Part shown: one piece after another, positions 49,001 to 57,357 of the stretch
Numbering within the stretch: the first letter of the stretch is position 1
How the letters are laid out: each line of letters opens with the position of its first letter
Virus record (IMG/VR): IMGVR_UViG_3300026453_000533
Span: 1-64,000 of that record
From: an uncultured virus (IMG/VR IMGVR_UViG_3300026453_000533)
Lineage: Duplodnaviria; Heunggongvirae; Uroviricota; Caudoviricetes
Direction: 5' to 3' (one strand)
DNA: 64,000 nucleotides
Notes under the pieces: model-generated
Database searches by the model: none
What the model saw: only the letters and a program-made list of their open reading frames with translations
What the model was told of the DNA's origin: nothing
Program-made: the position numbers and the translations under genes

Positions 49001-51417
49001 CTGGTTCTTTTGTACTATATTCTGAATACATAGATGACGGTACTAAAGTATCGTTTTATACGTCATCAAACCAAGATGCAATAATAAACGAGGATTATAC
49101 ACTATCGAATACAGAGTTTGTAATGATGAACAACACTGGTTCAATTACTGTGACAGCTATCGAAGACCAAAAAGGCGAAACAATACTAGAACAGGTTTAC
49201 TTACAACTTACAGATTATGGAGAAACAGTTCAAACTGCATTTCCGTACTATGACAGTGCAGGTAATCTACTTGCAACTAGTGTTTCTAAGAACCCATTCG
49301 GTTCAATCATTAAAAATTTAAGAATTGAAGATACTTCTAGATCATACCTATCATTAACACCTGATAAGACGACTGTGAATGAAGGAGGCACTGTTACATG
49401 GACATTATTAAGTCAAAATGTAGCAGATGGAACAGAAGTTATGTACGATATCAACACTATTGGAACTACTGCTTCTTTGAATACAGACTTTACTATGTCC
49501 AGTGATAGATTTACAATGTATAACAATACAGGTTCAGTATCAGCTTCAATACTTACAGATGCATTAGCTGAACCTACTGAAAGTATTAGAGTAAACTTAG
49601 CAGGAGGATGGGACATGTACGGAGTATTTACTGGGTCTGCCTTTTCAAGCCCTTACGATAGCTCTGGTAATACTTACTTTTTCCAAGGGAGTTCGCCCTA
49701 CGGTAATGCTACTGTTTATATAACAAATGTAGATGCAGATGCACCTACTATTACGATAACAGGCAATAATCCACATACACATGAAGTTAAATATACCTAC
49801 ACCGATGCAGGTGCAACAGCAAGTGATACAGTTGATGGGAATCTTACTACTTCTATAGCTGTTACAAATAATGTTAATGATCAAGTATCAGGTTCATACA
49901 CAGTTGTCTACGATGTAAGTGATTCTGCAGGCAATACAGCACAAGCAACCCGAACAGTAAACGTAGTTGATACATCACCACCGGTGATAACTTTACAAGG
50001 TACTTCATCTATTCAAGTATACCAAGGACAGACCTACACTGATGCAGGTGCAACAGCACAAGATGCATATGAAGGAAATATCACTTCAGATATAATAACA
50101 ACAAATCCAGTAAATACATCTAATTTAGGTACTTACACAGTAAGGTATAATGTTGATGATGCATCTGGTAATTCAGCTACAGAAGTAACAAGAACAGTAA
50201 ACGTAGTTGCTAATAACATCCCAATCATAAGTGGAAATAAAGTAGACTATACAGTAGAAGTTGGAGGTACATTTGGTAGAGTAGAAGCATTAGCAGGTGT
50301 TTCAGCATCAGATACAGAAGAAGGCGATATAACAGCAGACATAGTACTCACTAACCCAGTGAATACAGCAGTGATCGGTACCTATACGGTTAGGTATAAT
50401 GTTGACGACTCATCAGGAAATTCAGCAGTAGAGAAAACTACTAACGTGTATATTATAGATACGACTGCCCCTGTTATTACTATGTTAGGTAATTCACCTA
50501 TAGATGTAGCACAAGGGACTACATATTCAGATGCAGGTGCCACAGCAAGTGATAACTACGATGGTGATATTACCGGAAATATAACTACAACGACCAGTGT
50601 TAACACAGCCACTACAGGAACCTACACAGTCAAATATAACGTATCTGACTCAGAAGGTAATGCAGCAACCGAAGTTGTAAGAACAGTAAACGTAGTACCT
50701 GCAACAAGAGATTTTTCTTATAGTCTTTATAATTTGAGATTAGACTTCGATATGGCAGCAATATCAAGTGATTCAAATGATTCAGTCTCAAAAGATTCAA
50801 TATCAGGAACAGGTCTTTATGAGCCAGATAGTGGTGCAAATGAAAATTGGTCAGTAGATCCAATACAGGTAAACAGACAACAGGGTACAGATAATATTAA
50901 AAATGAGGATTCTGGATATTTTGACGGATACTATAACTGGCAATGCTTATCAGGTTCTAAACTTATTGGTTCTAATGGTAATTTAGCAGGAGGAGCAAGC
51001 ACAGTAGATCTAGCATACGAAGTTAATTACGGTACCGATATAGATAGTAACCCACCGAGTGTATATAGTTTTGATGCAAATGAAGTTGAATACTTGGCAG
51101 TTACTCTATCCTATGTTGTAGAAACAACCTCTAGTTTAGACATGATATTTGGAGTTGCAATTTGGAACGAATCTACTGGTACTCCACCTCACACTGTGGA
51201 TCCATCGGATGGATGGCAAATATACTATAGTTTTGCAGGAGAGTATAACGGACTAGAATTTGACCCTGTAAATAATCCAGGAGTATGGACTGTAAGTGAA
51301 GTAGGAGGAGAAATTGTAGCTCATCATAGCGATACAATAGCATGGGTTAAGCCTGTAGTTGGTTTCTACCATCCAAGCGGAAGCGGACAAGGAGGACAAT
51401 TCTTTGATCCTACTTAG
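46072..51417 (+). CDS. Giant cadherin/Ig-like repeat protein (paralog of 4524) with DUF5011-like repeats
   Basis: QVTSSLDYES and YVIESA modules shared with 4524; four P.IT..G......Y.DAGATA.D..DG.IT..I.......GTYTV.YNV.D..GN repeats. Confidence 0.75.
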   Translation: MKTVRIKNRSISSDIRICKIYHTTKVDGNLLTTPVSSSGIFTGADLAQGIEFQVQDSVDQFIVVNLPEDDCEGAECKVCTNIGSGSISGEFTDNDILYSIQPGRFGKVDYDGQFSGSVTSDNDITSSNFTNNHAINNTFTLTATPTPPYVFEGWFDNVNRTGPALSTNTTVTVASGSIDGTTAYSTNWFVKYVNNEPLFKLGAPDGSTVIQFTRARNENRGPEEIAKFYFSDLDGDDLTVSLNPDPDNHFSFTENSDHITFQQVTSSLDYESKTAYSMSISVSDGTDTTLLPVRIDVIDNLQPTVLDQAMSNFGENSADGAIVGQIISSDPDSDAISFINISLHSISYSGKSLSTGSFAGTGFNDPTADAFNISSTGQITKKSGSYLNHRIIDSYTYQVTADDDYNEGTSTALITIPVVQDGQTVYVSGDGDNNVYVVETALLGDSVYDDPSGVTGSLATFTANLPVTWSVTSTPYNALSIDSSGTLTVNQDIDGSFVAGDKFYATVTGTSSIGRTHVINIVINVTADTSPATITGLGTSSFAYVIESAVENDSIYLSSNGYSGTRVKFESDQTPTTWSVTPTSKLEIDSSGYVTLGSDISGSSFSHPQTIASKVVATNTFGNTSSLDFTLQITENTAPDIIFDNHVSSFDTNYAIANARLVTASFNDIEGDSIDHGSFTFTDTSGQLDYVKAGDVYYIYALNPLSASAYSFDIGIEDEHGFSKNEETHTINVGFAQNYPPTITYNNHTVNLFSNLAVSGATLVTASISDTEGDPINYDSFTFIDPSGELNAVRDGGVYYIQANQNLTSLDYEFTASIADNHAFGTADHSFSLQGSSTGILRNNSVFVVETGLTGLGYEATKGFGSGVSASLDVIYSPNIGGQAVQSYTSSNPAVVVDNSGNLTLGLDMSTTTSGSGNTYTSDITFTDQYGNVGTGVVDVEVTYPNSGSYIKFEAIGFFPPQVVYSGSIVESGQFATGSFVLYSEYIDDGTKVSFYTSSNQDAIINEDYTLSNTEFVMMNNTGSITVTAIEDQKGETILEQVYLQLTDYGETVQTAFPYYDSAGNLLATSVSKNPFGSIIKNLRIEDTSRSYLSLTPDKTTVNEGGTVTWTLLSQNVADGTEVMYDINTIGTTASLNTDFTMSSDRFTMYNNTGSVSASILTDALAEPTESIRVNLAGGWDMYGVFTGSAFSSPYDSSGNTYFFQGSSPYGNATVYITNVDADAPTITITGNNPHTHEVKYTYTDAGATASDTVDGNLTTSIAVTNNVNDQVSGSYTVVYDVSDSAGNTAQATRTVNVVDTSPPVITLQGTSSIQVYQGQTYTDAGATAQDAYEGNITSDIITTNPVNTSNLGTYTVRYNVDDASGNSATEVTRTVNVVANNIPIISGNKVDYTVEVGGTFGRVEALAGVSASDTEEGDITADIVLTNPVNTAVIGTYTVRYNVDDSSGNSAVEKTTNVYIIDTTAPVITMLGNSPIDVAQGTTYSDAGATASDNYDGDITGNITTTTSVNTATTGTYTVKYNVSDSEGNAATEVVRTVNVVPATRDFSYSLYNLRLDFDMAAISSDSNDSVSKDSISGTGLYEPDSGANENWSVDPIQVNRQQGTDNIKNEDSGYFDGYYNWQCLSGSKLIGSNGNLAGGASTVDLAYEVNYGTDIDSNPPSVYSFDANEVEYLAVTLSYVVETTSSLDMIFGVAIWNESTGTPPHTVDPSDGWQIYYSFAGEYNGLEFDPVNNPGVWTVSEVGGEIVAHHSDTIAWVKPVVGFYHPSGSGQGGQFFDPT

Positions 51418-51435
51418 AAAAAAATTAGTGTATAG

Positions 51436-51464
51436 TTGGAAATAACATTTATTATTCGTATATT
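51436..51464 (+). promoter_or_regulatory. TTG-N20-TATATT promoter
   Basis: Resumes the metabolic operon after the inserted structural gene. Confidence 0.7.
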
Positions 51465-51481
51465 ATAATAAAGAATAAGAT

Positions 51482-51616
51482 ATGTCCAAAACATCTAATA
51501 AGCAACGTTATATTCAAATTATGGAATGGTTAGGTACGTTGAATCAAAAATCTAACAGTAAGAAACAAACCAAATTTTCTAAAGCTAAACACTATAAATC
51601 TAAAGGAGTAAGATGA
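51482..51616 (+). CDS. Small basic hypothetical protein (44 aa, not in ORF track)
   Basis: MSKTSNKQRYIQIMEWL...KGVR; ATGA overlap with the thioredoxin gene; directly after a promoter. Confidence 0.55.
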   Translation: MSKTSNKQRYIQIMEWLGTLNQKSNSKKQTKFSKAKHYKSKGVR

Positions 51617-51870
51617 CAAAAGCTATTAAGTTTTACGCTACCTGGTGCGGTCCATGCAAAATATACGGTAAAACCTGGGATAAGGTATCTGAAGAATTAA
51701 GTAAGGAAGTTGAATTTATAGAAGTAAATATTGACAACGATACCCAAGGACTAGCAGCTAAATACAGAATACAGTCAATACCTACTACCGTTGTAGTAAA
51801 AGGTGATAATGTACTCAAAGAAGTTGGACTAGTAAAAGAAGATAAATTAAAAGAATTAATACTAAATTAA
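51613..51870 (+). CDS. trxA: Thioredoxin
   Basis: FYATWCGPCK, IQSIPT. Confidence 0.92.
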   Translation: MTKAIKFYATWCGPCKIYGKTWDKVSEELSKEVEFIEVNIDNDTQGLAAKYRIQSIPTTVVVKGDNVLKEVGLVKEDKLKELILN

Positions 51871-51874
51871 AGTT

Positions 51875-52171
51875 ATGTTAAGAAAACCAGATTCAATTCC
51901 AAGCTCGGATACGGTCATTACCGATCCAGCACTAGAACCTTTTTTTATTTCACGTTCTAACACAGGCGGATACACCTTATTTGAAAGAGTAATTAAAGGG
52001 GATAACGACACAGAGTATATTAAAACTATTTGTTACCCGTCTAATTTTACTAATGCTCTAAAAAAAGCAGCAGAAGAACTGCTAAACAAAAGTAAGGAAT
52101 ATAACTCTATTAAAGAATATGTTGAGGAGTTTAAAACTATTCAGACAAAGATAACTTCAATAATGGAATAA
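51875..52171 (+). CDS. Hypothetical protein
   Basis: In-operon ORF with no recognised motif. Confidence 0.6.
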   Translation: MLRKPDSIPSSDTVITDPALEPFFISRSNTGGYTLFERVIKGDNDTEYIKTICYPSNFTNALKKAAEELLNKSKEYNSIKEYVEEFKTIQTKITSIME

Positions 52172-52224
52172 TAAAAGCGTTAGCCTATACGCAAAATACC
52201 TGGCAAAAATTAAATAAGTAAATT

Positions 52225-53013
52225 ATGGCACATTGTGTAGTAAGTTTAAGTGGTGGAATGGATAGTAGCACCCTATTGTTAAGAGCTATCGAGAAGTATG
52301 ATACCGTAACTGGTATCTCATTTGATTACGGTCAAAAACACAGAGTAGAGCTAGAGAGAGCTCAATCATTAATTGATTACCTTGCAAGTAAAGGACACAA
52401 AATAAATTATCGTCAAATTAAACTTGATGGTCTAGTAGATTTATTAGACTCAGCTTTAGTTACAGGTGGGGATGATGTACCAGAAGGACATTATGAGCAA
52501 GATAATATGAAAGAAACAGTTGTTCCTAATAGAAACAAAATGTTTGCTTCAATTACTCAAGCAGTTGCATTATCTGTAGCAAATAGAACAGAAGACGTTT
52601 GTGATATTGCTTTAGGTATTCATGCTGGTGATCATGCAGTTTATCCTGATTGTAGACAAGAATTTAGAGATGCAGATGATGCAGCTTTTAGAATTGGAAA
52701 CTGGGATGCAGATAGAGTAGGTTACTTTACACCTTATTTAGATACTGATAAATTTGGTATTCTACAAGATGGAGAAAAATTATGTGAAATTTTAGGTATT
52801 GATTTTGATGAAGTTTATAAGAGAACTAATACATCGTACAAACCCTATCCTAGTGGAAATTCCGATTATAAGTCTGCTTCTAGTGTTGAGAGGATTGAGG
52901 CTTTTATTGCTTTGGGGAGAAAAGATCCTGTACAGTATGAGGATGAAACTGGAGTGGTTGATTACGAAGTAGCAAAAACTCATGTTGAAAAAGTACTTGC
53001 TGACTATGTATAA
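52225..53013 (+). CDS. queC: 7-cyano-7-deazaguanine (preQ0) synthase
   Basis: SLSGGMDSST, FDYGQKH..E, VVPNRN, GIHAGD...YPDCR.EF. Confidence 0.93.
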   Translation: MAHCVVSLSGGMDSSTLLLRAIEKYDTVTGISFDYGQKHRVELERAQSLIDYLASKGHKINYRQIKLDGLVDLLDSALVTGGDDVPEGHYEQDNMKETVVPNRNKMFASITQAVALSVANRTEDVCDIALGIHAGDHAVYPDCRQEFRDADDAAFRIGNWDADRVGYFTPYLDTDKFGILQDGEKLCEILGIDFDEVYKRTNTSYKPYPSGNSDYKSASSVERIEAFIALGRKDPVQYEDETGVVDYEVAKTHVEKVLADYV

Positions 53014-53039
53014 ATTAATGTTTAACCAATAAGTCAGTA

Positions 53040-53183
53040 ATGCAATCACAAGATTCAAACAATGGAAACACCCAACTAAACTCTGAAAGAGCAAAAGTTA
53101 ATCAGAGAGTAAGTAGATATGCTATGTTAGGCAAGTCAAGAAAAGTGTACTGGGACGGTGCAAGAAGAAACCGAACTATTTAA
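53040..53183 (+). CDS. Small hypothetical protein (47 aa, not in ORF track)
   Basis: MQSQDSNNGNTQLNSER...YWDGARRNRTI fills the gap before the tRNA. Confidence 0.45.
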   Translation: MQSQDSNNGNTQLNSERAKVNQRVSRYAMLGKSRKVYWDGARRNRTI

Positions 53184-53189
53184 CAGGTA

Positions 53190-53263
53190 GGGGGATTAGC
53201 TCAGCTGGCTAGAGCGCCTGCCTTGCACGCAGGAGGTCATCGGTTCGACTCCGATATTCTCCA
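53190..53263 (+). tRNA. tRNA-Ala(UGC), CCA not encoded
   Basis: GGGGGAT/ATTCTCC acceptor stem with G3:U70, TAGCTCAG D arm, CCTGC-CTTGCAC-GCAGG anticodon arm, GGTTCGACTCC T arm. Confidence 0.97.
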
Positions 53264-53334
53264 CTAAATTTTACTGATTAATAAATCACTACTAAATCAG
53301 ATTATTCAGCTATTTATACAATATAAGTGTATAC

Positions 53335-54774
53335 ATGGCAGATTTTACCAGCAATAAGATTAATAAAACTTATCAACGGATAGTTCAAGTTGATAAAGGA
53401 ATACTACAAGACGGATACGGAAGAATCCTATCAGGCTCAATGGCCGATCTTACCGTCAGTGGCGTGCTTGAAGTTACAGGAAGCCTAAATGTAGATGGAC
53501 CTGTAACTGCAAGAAGATTTATAGCAACACAGGTTACTTCTTCTATTATATATGAATCCGGCTCTACTAAGTACGGTGATACTCAAGATGATAACCATAC
53601 ATTTACAGGTAGCCTTTTAATTTCCGGCAGTGAAAACTTAGTAGGAAATTTAACTATTACAGGAAGTACCTTTCAAGTTGGGGATACTACACAAATTGGT
53701 AGCATAAACCTTAGCGGGGATATTGATCAAACAGGTAATTACAGTTTAATTGGAAACATTGAACAAACCGGAAGTATAGAACTACTAGGAGATTCGGATC
53801 AAAAAGGAGATTATGATCTTGAAGGTGATTTTACACATACTGGGATTAATTCTCATATAGGATTATATAAACATACAGGTGATACCGAACAAACAGGTAA
53901 GTTTACTCAAGTAGGAGATACTGCAAAAACAGGACGTACAGATCACACTGGACGGTTCAATAATATAGGTGATTTTGACATACAGGGTGGACTAAGACAA
54001 ACAGGAACCTTAAAACGTGTAGGAAATAGTGAAACTTCAGGAGATTCATCACTAATAGGTAAATCGAGCATAACAGGAAGTTTAATAAGCTCAGGTTCTT
54101 TAACCTCTACTGGTGTAACAACATTATCAGGAGAAGTTGCAATTACAGGAAGTACAGACATACATATTTCAGGTAGTATAATTCAAAACGGAGTATTAAT
54201 CCGAACAGGAAGCACTTCACAGGCAGGAGATTTTACCTTATTAGGAGATACTACATTAACTGGAGCAGTAAATATTACAGGCAGTACAGATATAGCTATT
54301 TCCGGGAGTATAGTACAGGAAGGTAATTTTATCCAAACTGGTACATATGACCTGACAGGAGATACCAATCAAGTAGGTAATATAGACGTCACAGGTGACG
54401 TTACTATTGACGGAACACTTACTGCAAACCAGTTTAATACATCAATAGTATCTTCTTCAGTAATATACCAATCAGGTTCGACACAGTTCGGAGATACATT
54501 AGATGACAAACATAGTATAACAGGTAGCTTAAACGTTACTGGTTCATTAACAACAAATGGTAACACAGTAGTTAACGGAAGTTCTACAGTGCAGCATAGA
54601 CTAACAGCTAATTCGGTTGATTCGAATTATTTCATGTCTCCTAAAGCTATACCATCAACAGTAGTACCGCCTAACTACAATATGAGATTGTTTCACGATA
54701 CAGAAGTAAACGGAGAATTATTTATATCACAAAATTCTGATGTTTACGTAGTAAAATACGCATTAACAGATTAA
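53335..54774 (+). CDS. Putative virion beta-helix protein with hexapeptide repeats
   Basis: G every 6 residues (GDxxxT/TGxxxx); two SS.IY.SGST.FGD..DD.H.TGS motifs; TATTTATA at 53311. Confidence 0.65.
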   Translation: MADFTSNKINKTYQRIVQVDKGILQDGYGRILSGSMADLTVSGVLEVTGSLNVDGPVTARRFIATQVTSSIIYESGSTKYGDTQDDNHTFTGSLLISGSENLVGNLTITGSTFQVGDTTQIGSINLSGDIDQTGNYSLIGNIEQTGSIELLGDSDQKGDYDLEGDFTHTGINSHIGLYKHTGDTEQTGKFTQVGDTAKTGRTDHTGRFNNIGDFDIQGGLRQTGTLKRVGNSETSGDSSLIGKSSITGSLISSGSLTSTGVTTLSGEVAITGSTDIHISGSIIQNGVLIRTGSTSQAGDFTLLGDTTLTGAVNITGSTDIAISGSIVQEGNFIQTGTYDLTGDTNQVGNIDVTGDVTIDGTLTANQFNTSIVSSSVIYQSGSTQFGDTLDDKHSITGSLNVTGSLTTNGNTVVNGSSTVQHRLTANSVDSNYFMSPKAIPSTVVPPNYNMRLFHDTEVNGELFISQNSDVYVVKYALTD

Positions 54775-54792
54775 TAGACATATTTATATAAG

Positions 54793-56541
54793 ATGAGTAG
54801 AATTAGAGTAAATAGCATTAAACCGATAAGCGGACAGATAGTAAGTCTATCCGGCAGTCTGATAGTTACAGGAGATGTAACTGCAGAACAATTTATAACG
54901 GAAAAAGTACAAACATCAATCATCTACAGATCAGGTTCTACTCTGTTTGGAGATTCTGCAGATGATCTACATAACTTCACAGGTTCAGTATTTGTTAGTG
55001 GAGGATTAGATTCTAATAAATCTATAACTCTAGGAGACGATATAAATCTTCAAAAGGGAGTTAACGGAGGAGGATTGTTAGAGGTACTACCGACTGATAC
55101 AGAAGGTTTACACGGTCTTCAATTAGCAGCAGAAACTACGTCTTCAAACGTAAACTATACTACTTTTTATAATAATAAATTTAGTATCTCTGAAGCAGGA
55201 AGAGATGGAGTAGCTGGTGGTAATGGAGAACATATTAAATTAGAAGACTACTATAAAGTAGAATCTGGTATTCCTACCAGATATGCAGGAATACAGATTA
55301 ACCATCCTTCTTCAAGTAGATTTAAATTAGGAGCAAATCTAAAAGAAGAAGCTGACTATCCTTTCTATGTAAATGCAGATAGTAAATTTAAAGGAGATTT
55401 ATCAATTACAGGTAGTACTTTTTTACTTGGTGATATAGATCACAATGGAGATACTGGTCAAAAAGGAGACTATACTAGAATTGGTACTCTTGATCAAGAA
55501 GGTACAGTAACAGTATCCAATGGAGATATAATACTTGCCACAGCAGGTAGAAAAATTGCAATAGATAGCAAACTAGATATATTCTCAGATGTAGCTGGAA
55601 ATTCACATATACAGGAAAAAGGATCTGGAGATCTATTAATAGTTTCAGATAATGAAGTTGAAATCAAATCAGGACAATTGGGAGAAACTTTTGCTAAGTT
55701 TACAAAAGATGGTCCTATTGAGCTTTATTATGATAATGCTAAAAAATTCTCAACTACTACTAATGGAATCGCGGTAACCGGTACTATATATGCTTCTGAT
55801 GATATAAATACCACTGGCAAAATATCAGCAGATAATGACATTGTCACAATTAGAAATATTAAAGCAGAATCTGGTCAATTATCGATAGCAGGATATAGCA
55901 ATGTCTCGGAATCTATAGCTAGATTAGATCACTTTAGTTCTTCTTTAGACAACTATTATGCTACAGACGCACAACTAGATAGTGTGTCTTCATCACTTGC
56001 TTTAGAAACAGCACATCTATTAAACTTTAGTTCTTCATTTGATAATATATATGCTTCTGAAGATGAATTATATACAGCTACAGCTTCTTTAGATGCTAGA
56101 ATTATAAGCTTAGAAAGTTTTAGTTCCTCTATAGATAGTGAGTATGCTACTGATGCACAGCTAGATGCAGTTTCAGCATCTTTTGCAGTCGTGACTACTG
56201 CCAATGTAGATGACATAGCAATTCTACAAACCGATGTAAGTAACAACAATGACGATATAGCTGCATTATCTGGTTCGCAACTAGGACTATTAGCAGCAAC
56301 AAGTTCATACGCTTTAAAAGCTGACATTACAGGTTCATTTACAATGCTGTCTGCTTCTATAGCACAATCGTGGACAGAAAATCATAACGATATTCACGAT
56401 TTAGAGCAGGATGCTTACACATTTGTACCATCAGCTTCTATTGAATTAAATTATGTTAGCAAAGCAAAATTAAGAGCTGCATTAACAGGGTCAACAAACT
56501 ACAATGACTTTACAGGTTCTTTATTAGCATTACTAGCATAA
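54793..56541 (+). CDS. Putative virion fibre protein
   Basis: SIIYRSGSTLFGDSADDLHNFTGS motif, ELYYDNAKKF.TT..GI.VTG fibre repeat, coiled-coil FSSS.D..YATDAQL repeats; TATTTATA at 54781. Confidence 0.65.
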   Translation: MSRIRVNSIKPISGQIVSLSGSLIVTGDVTAEQFITEKVQTSIIYRSGSTLFGDSADDLHNFTGSVFVSGGLDSNKSITLGDDINLQKGVNGGGLLEVLPTDTEGLHGLQLAAETTSSNVNYTTFYNNKFSISEAGRDGVAGGNGEHIKLEDYYKVESGIPTRYAGIQINHPSSSRFKLGANLKEEADYPFYVNADSKFKGDLSITGSTFLLGDIDHNGDTGQKGDYTRIGTLDQEGTVTVSNGDIILATAGRKIAIDSKLDIFSDVAGNSHIQEKGSGDLLIVSDNEVEIKSGQLGETFAKFTKDGPIELYYDNAKKFSTTTNGIAVTGTIYASDDINTTGKISADNDIVTIRNIKAESGQLSIAGYSNVSESIARLDHFSSSLDNYYATDAQLDSVSSSLALETAHLLNFSSSFDNIYASEDELYTATASLDARIISLESFSSSIDSEYATDAQLDAVSASFAVVTTANVDDIAILQTDVSNNNDDIAALSGSQLGLLAATSSYALKADITGSFTMLSASIAQSWTENHNDIHDLEQDAYTFVPSASIELNYVSKAKLRAALTGSTNYNDFTGSLLALLA

Positions 56542-56560
56542 AAATAATTTAAAAAAAACT

Positions 56561-56591
56561 AAGGGGATAGTTGCTTACTATCCCTTTTTTT
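56561..56591 (+). terminator. Rho-independent terminator overlapping the next promoter
   Basis: GGGATAGT-TGCTT-ACTATCCC plus a T tract. Confidence 0.85.
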
Positions 56592-56599
56592 ATTATATT
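56571..56599 (+). promoter_or_regulatory. TTG-N20-TATATT promoter for the queD/queE operon
   Basis: Fixed spacing. Confidence 0.7.
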
Positions 56600-56618
56600 A
56601 TAAGTAATATAAGACTAT

Positions 56619-56645
56619 AGTGTCGTAGCACCACTTTAAAAACAC
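56619..56645 (+). ncRNA. preQ1-I-like riboswitch aptamer (copy 1)
   Basis: P1 AGTG/CACT, loop TCGTAGCAC, tail TTAAAAACAC; ends 4 nt before the ATG at 56650. Confidence 0.65.
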
Positions 56646-56649
56646 CAAT

Positions 56650-56883
56650 ATGAGTAAAAAAGCAAATACTCTGTATAAAGATACGGAGTTTAAAAAACAA
56701 AAAGGTTCTATTGAGATCGACGGACAGAAAATACCTGATCCGAAACTTCACCAAAGAATTTCATTTTTAAAATCAGCTATTAGGCTAGGAGCATGTGCTT
56801 TTGGCTTCTTTGGTATGTTTGAATTAGGCTTTATAGGTCTATTTTTAGCAGAAATAGTTGGAATAGGGGAAGAATTAGTTTAA
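56650..56883 (+). CDS. Small membrane protein, first gene of the queD/queE operon
   Basis: Hydrophobic C-terminal hairpin AIRLGACAFGFFG...GFIGLFLAEIVGIGEELV. Confidence 0.7.
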   Translation: MSKKANTLYKDTEFKKQKGSIEIDGQKIPDPKLHQRISFLKSAIRLGACAFGFFGMFELGFIGLFLAEIVGIGEELV

Positions 56884-56892
56884 ATTAAAGAT

Positions 56893-57357
56893 ATGGGAAA
56901 ATTTCAATCAAGTAAAGTATTCGACGGGTTCTCTACTGTGTTCCGTCAATGGAAAGCAGAAGATACACATTGTAGGTTTGTTCACGGCTACGGAGTAGCA
57001 TTTAAAGTATATTTTGAAGGAGAATTAGACTACAGAAACTGGGTATGGGACTTCGGAGGTATGAAAAGAGCTAAGACTAAAATAGATGGCTTATCTCCTA
57101 AGCAATGGATGGATTATATGTTCGACCATACCTTCATAGTTGCTCAGGACGACCCCTATTTAGATAAATTTCTACATATGGGATTATCAGAAGTAGCACA
57201 AATCAGAGTTATACCTGCTACCGGAGCAGAAAAATTTGCAGAATATATTTTTAATAAATTAAATGATTTTGTAGAAGAAGAAACAGAAGGTAGAGTTAAG
57301 GTGACGAAAGTAAAATTTATGGAACACGGAAAAAACGCAGCTTATTATGTCGCATAA
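56893..57357 (+). CDS. queD: 6-carboxy-5,6,7,8-tetrahydropterin synthase
   Basis: HCRFVHGY, WVWDFG, FDH, E..A..I, V.F.EH..N.A.Y. Confidence 0.9.
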   Translation: MGKFQSSKVFDGFSTVFRQWKAEDTHCRFVHGYGVAFKVYFEGELDYRNWVWDFGGMKRAKTKIDGLSPKQWMDYMFDHTFIVAQDDPYLDKFLHMGLSEVAQIRVIPATGAEKFAEYIFNKLNDFVEEETEGRVKVTKVKFMEHGKNAAYYVA

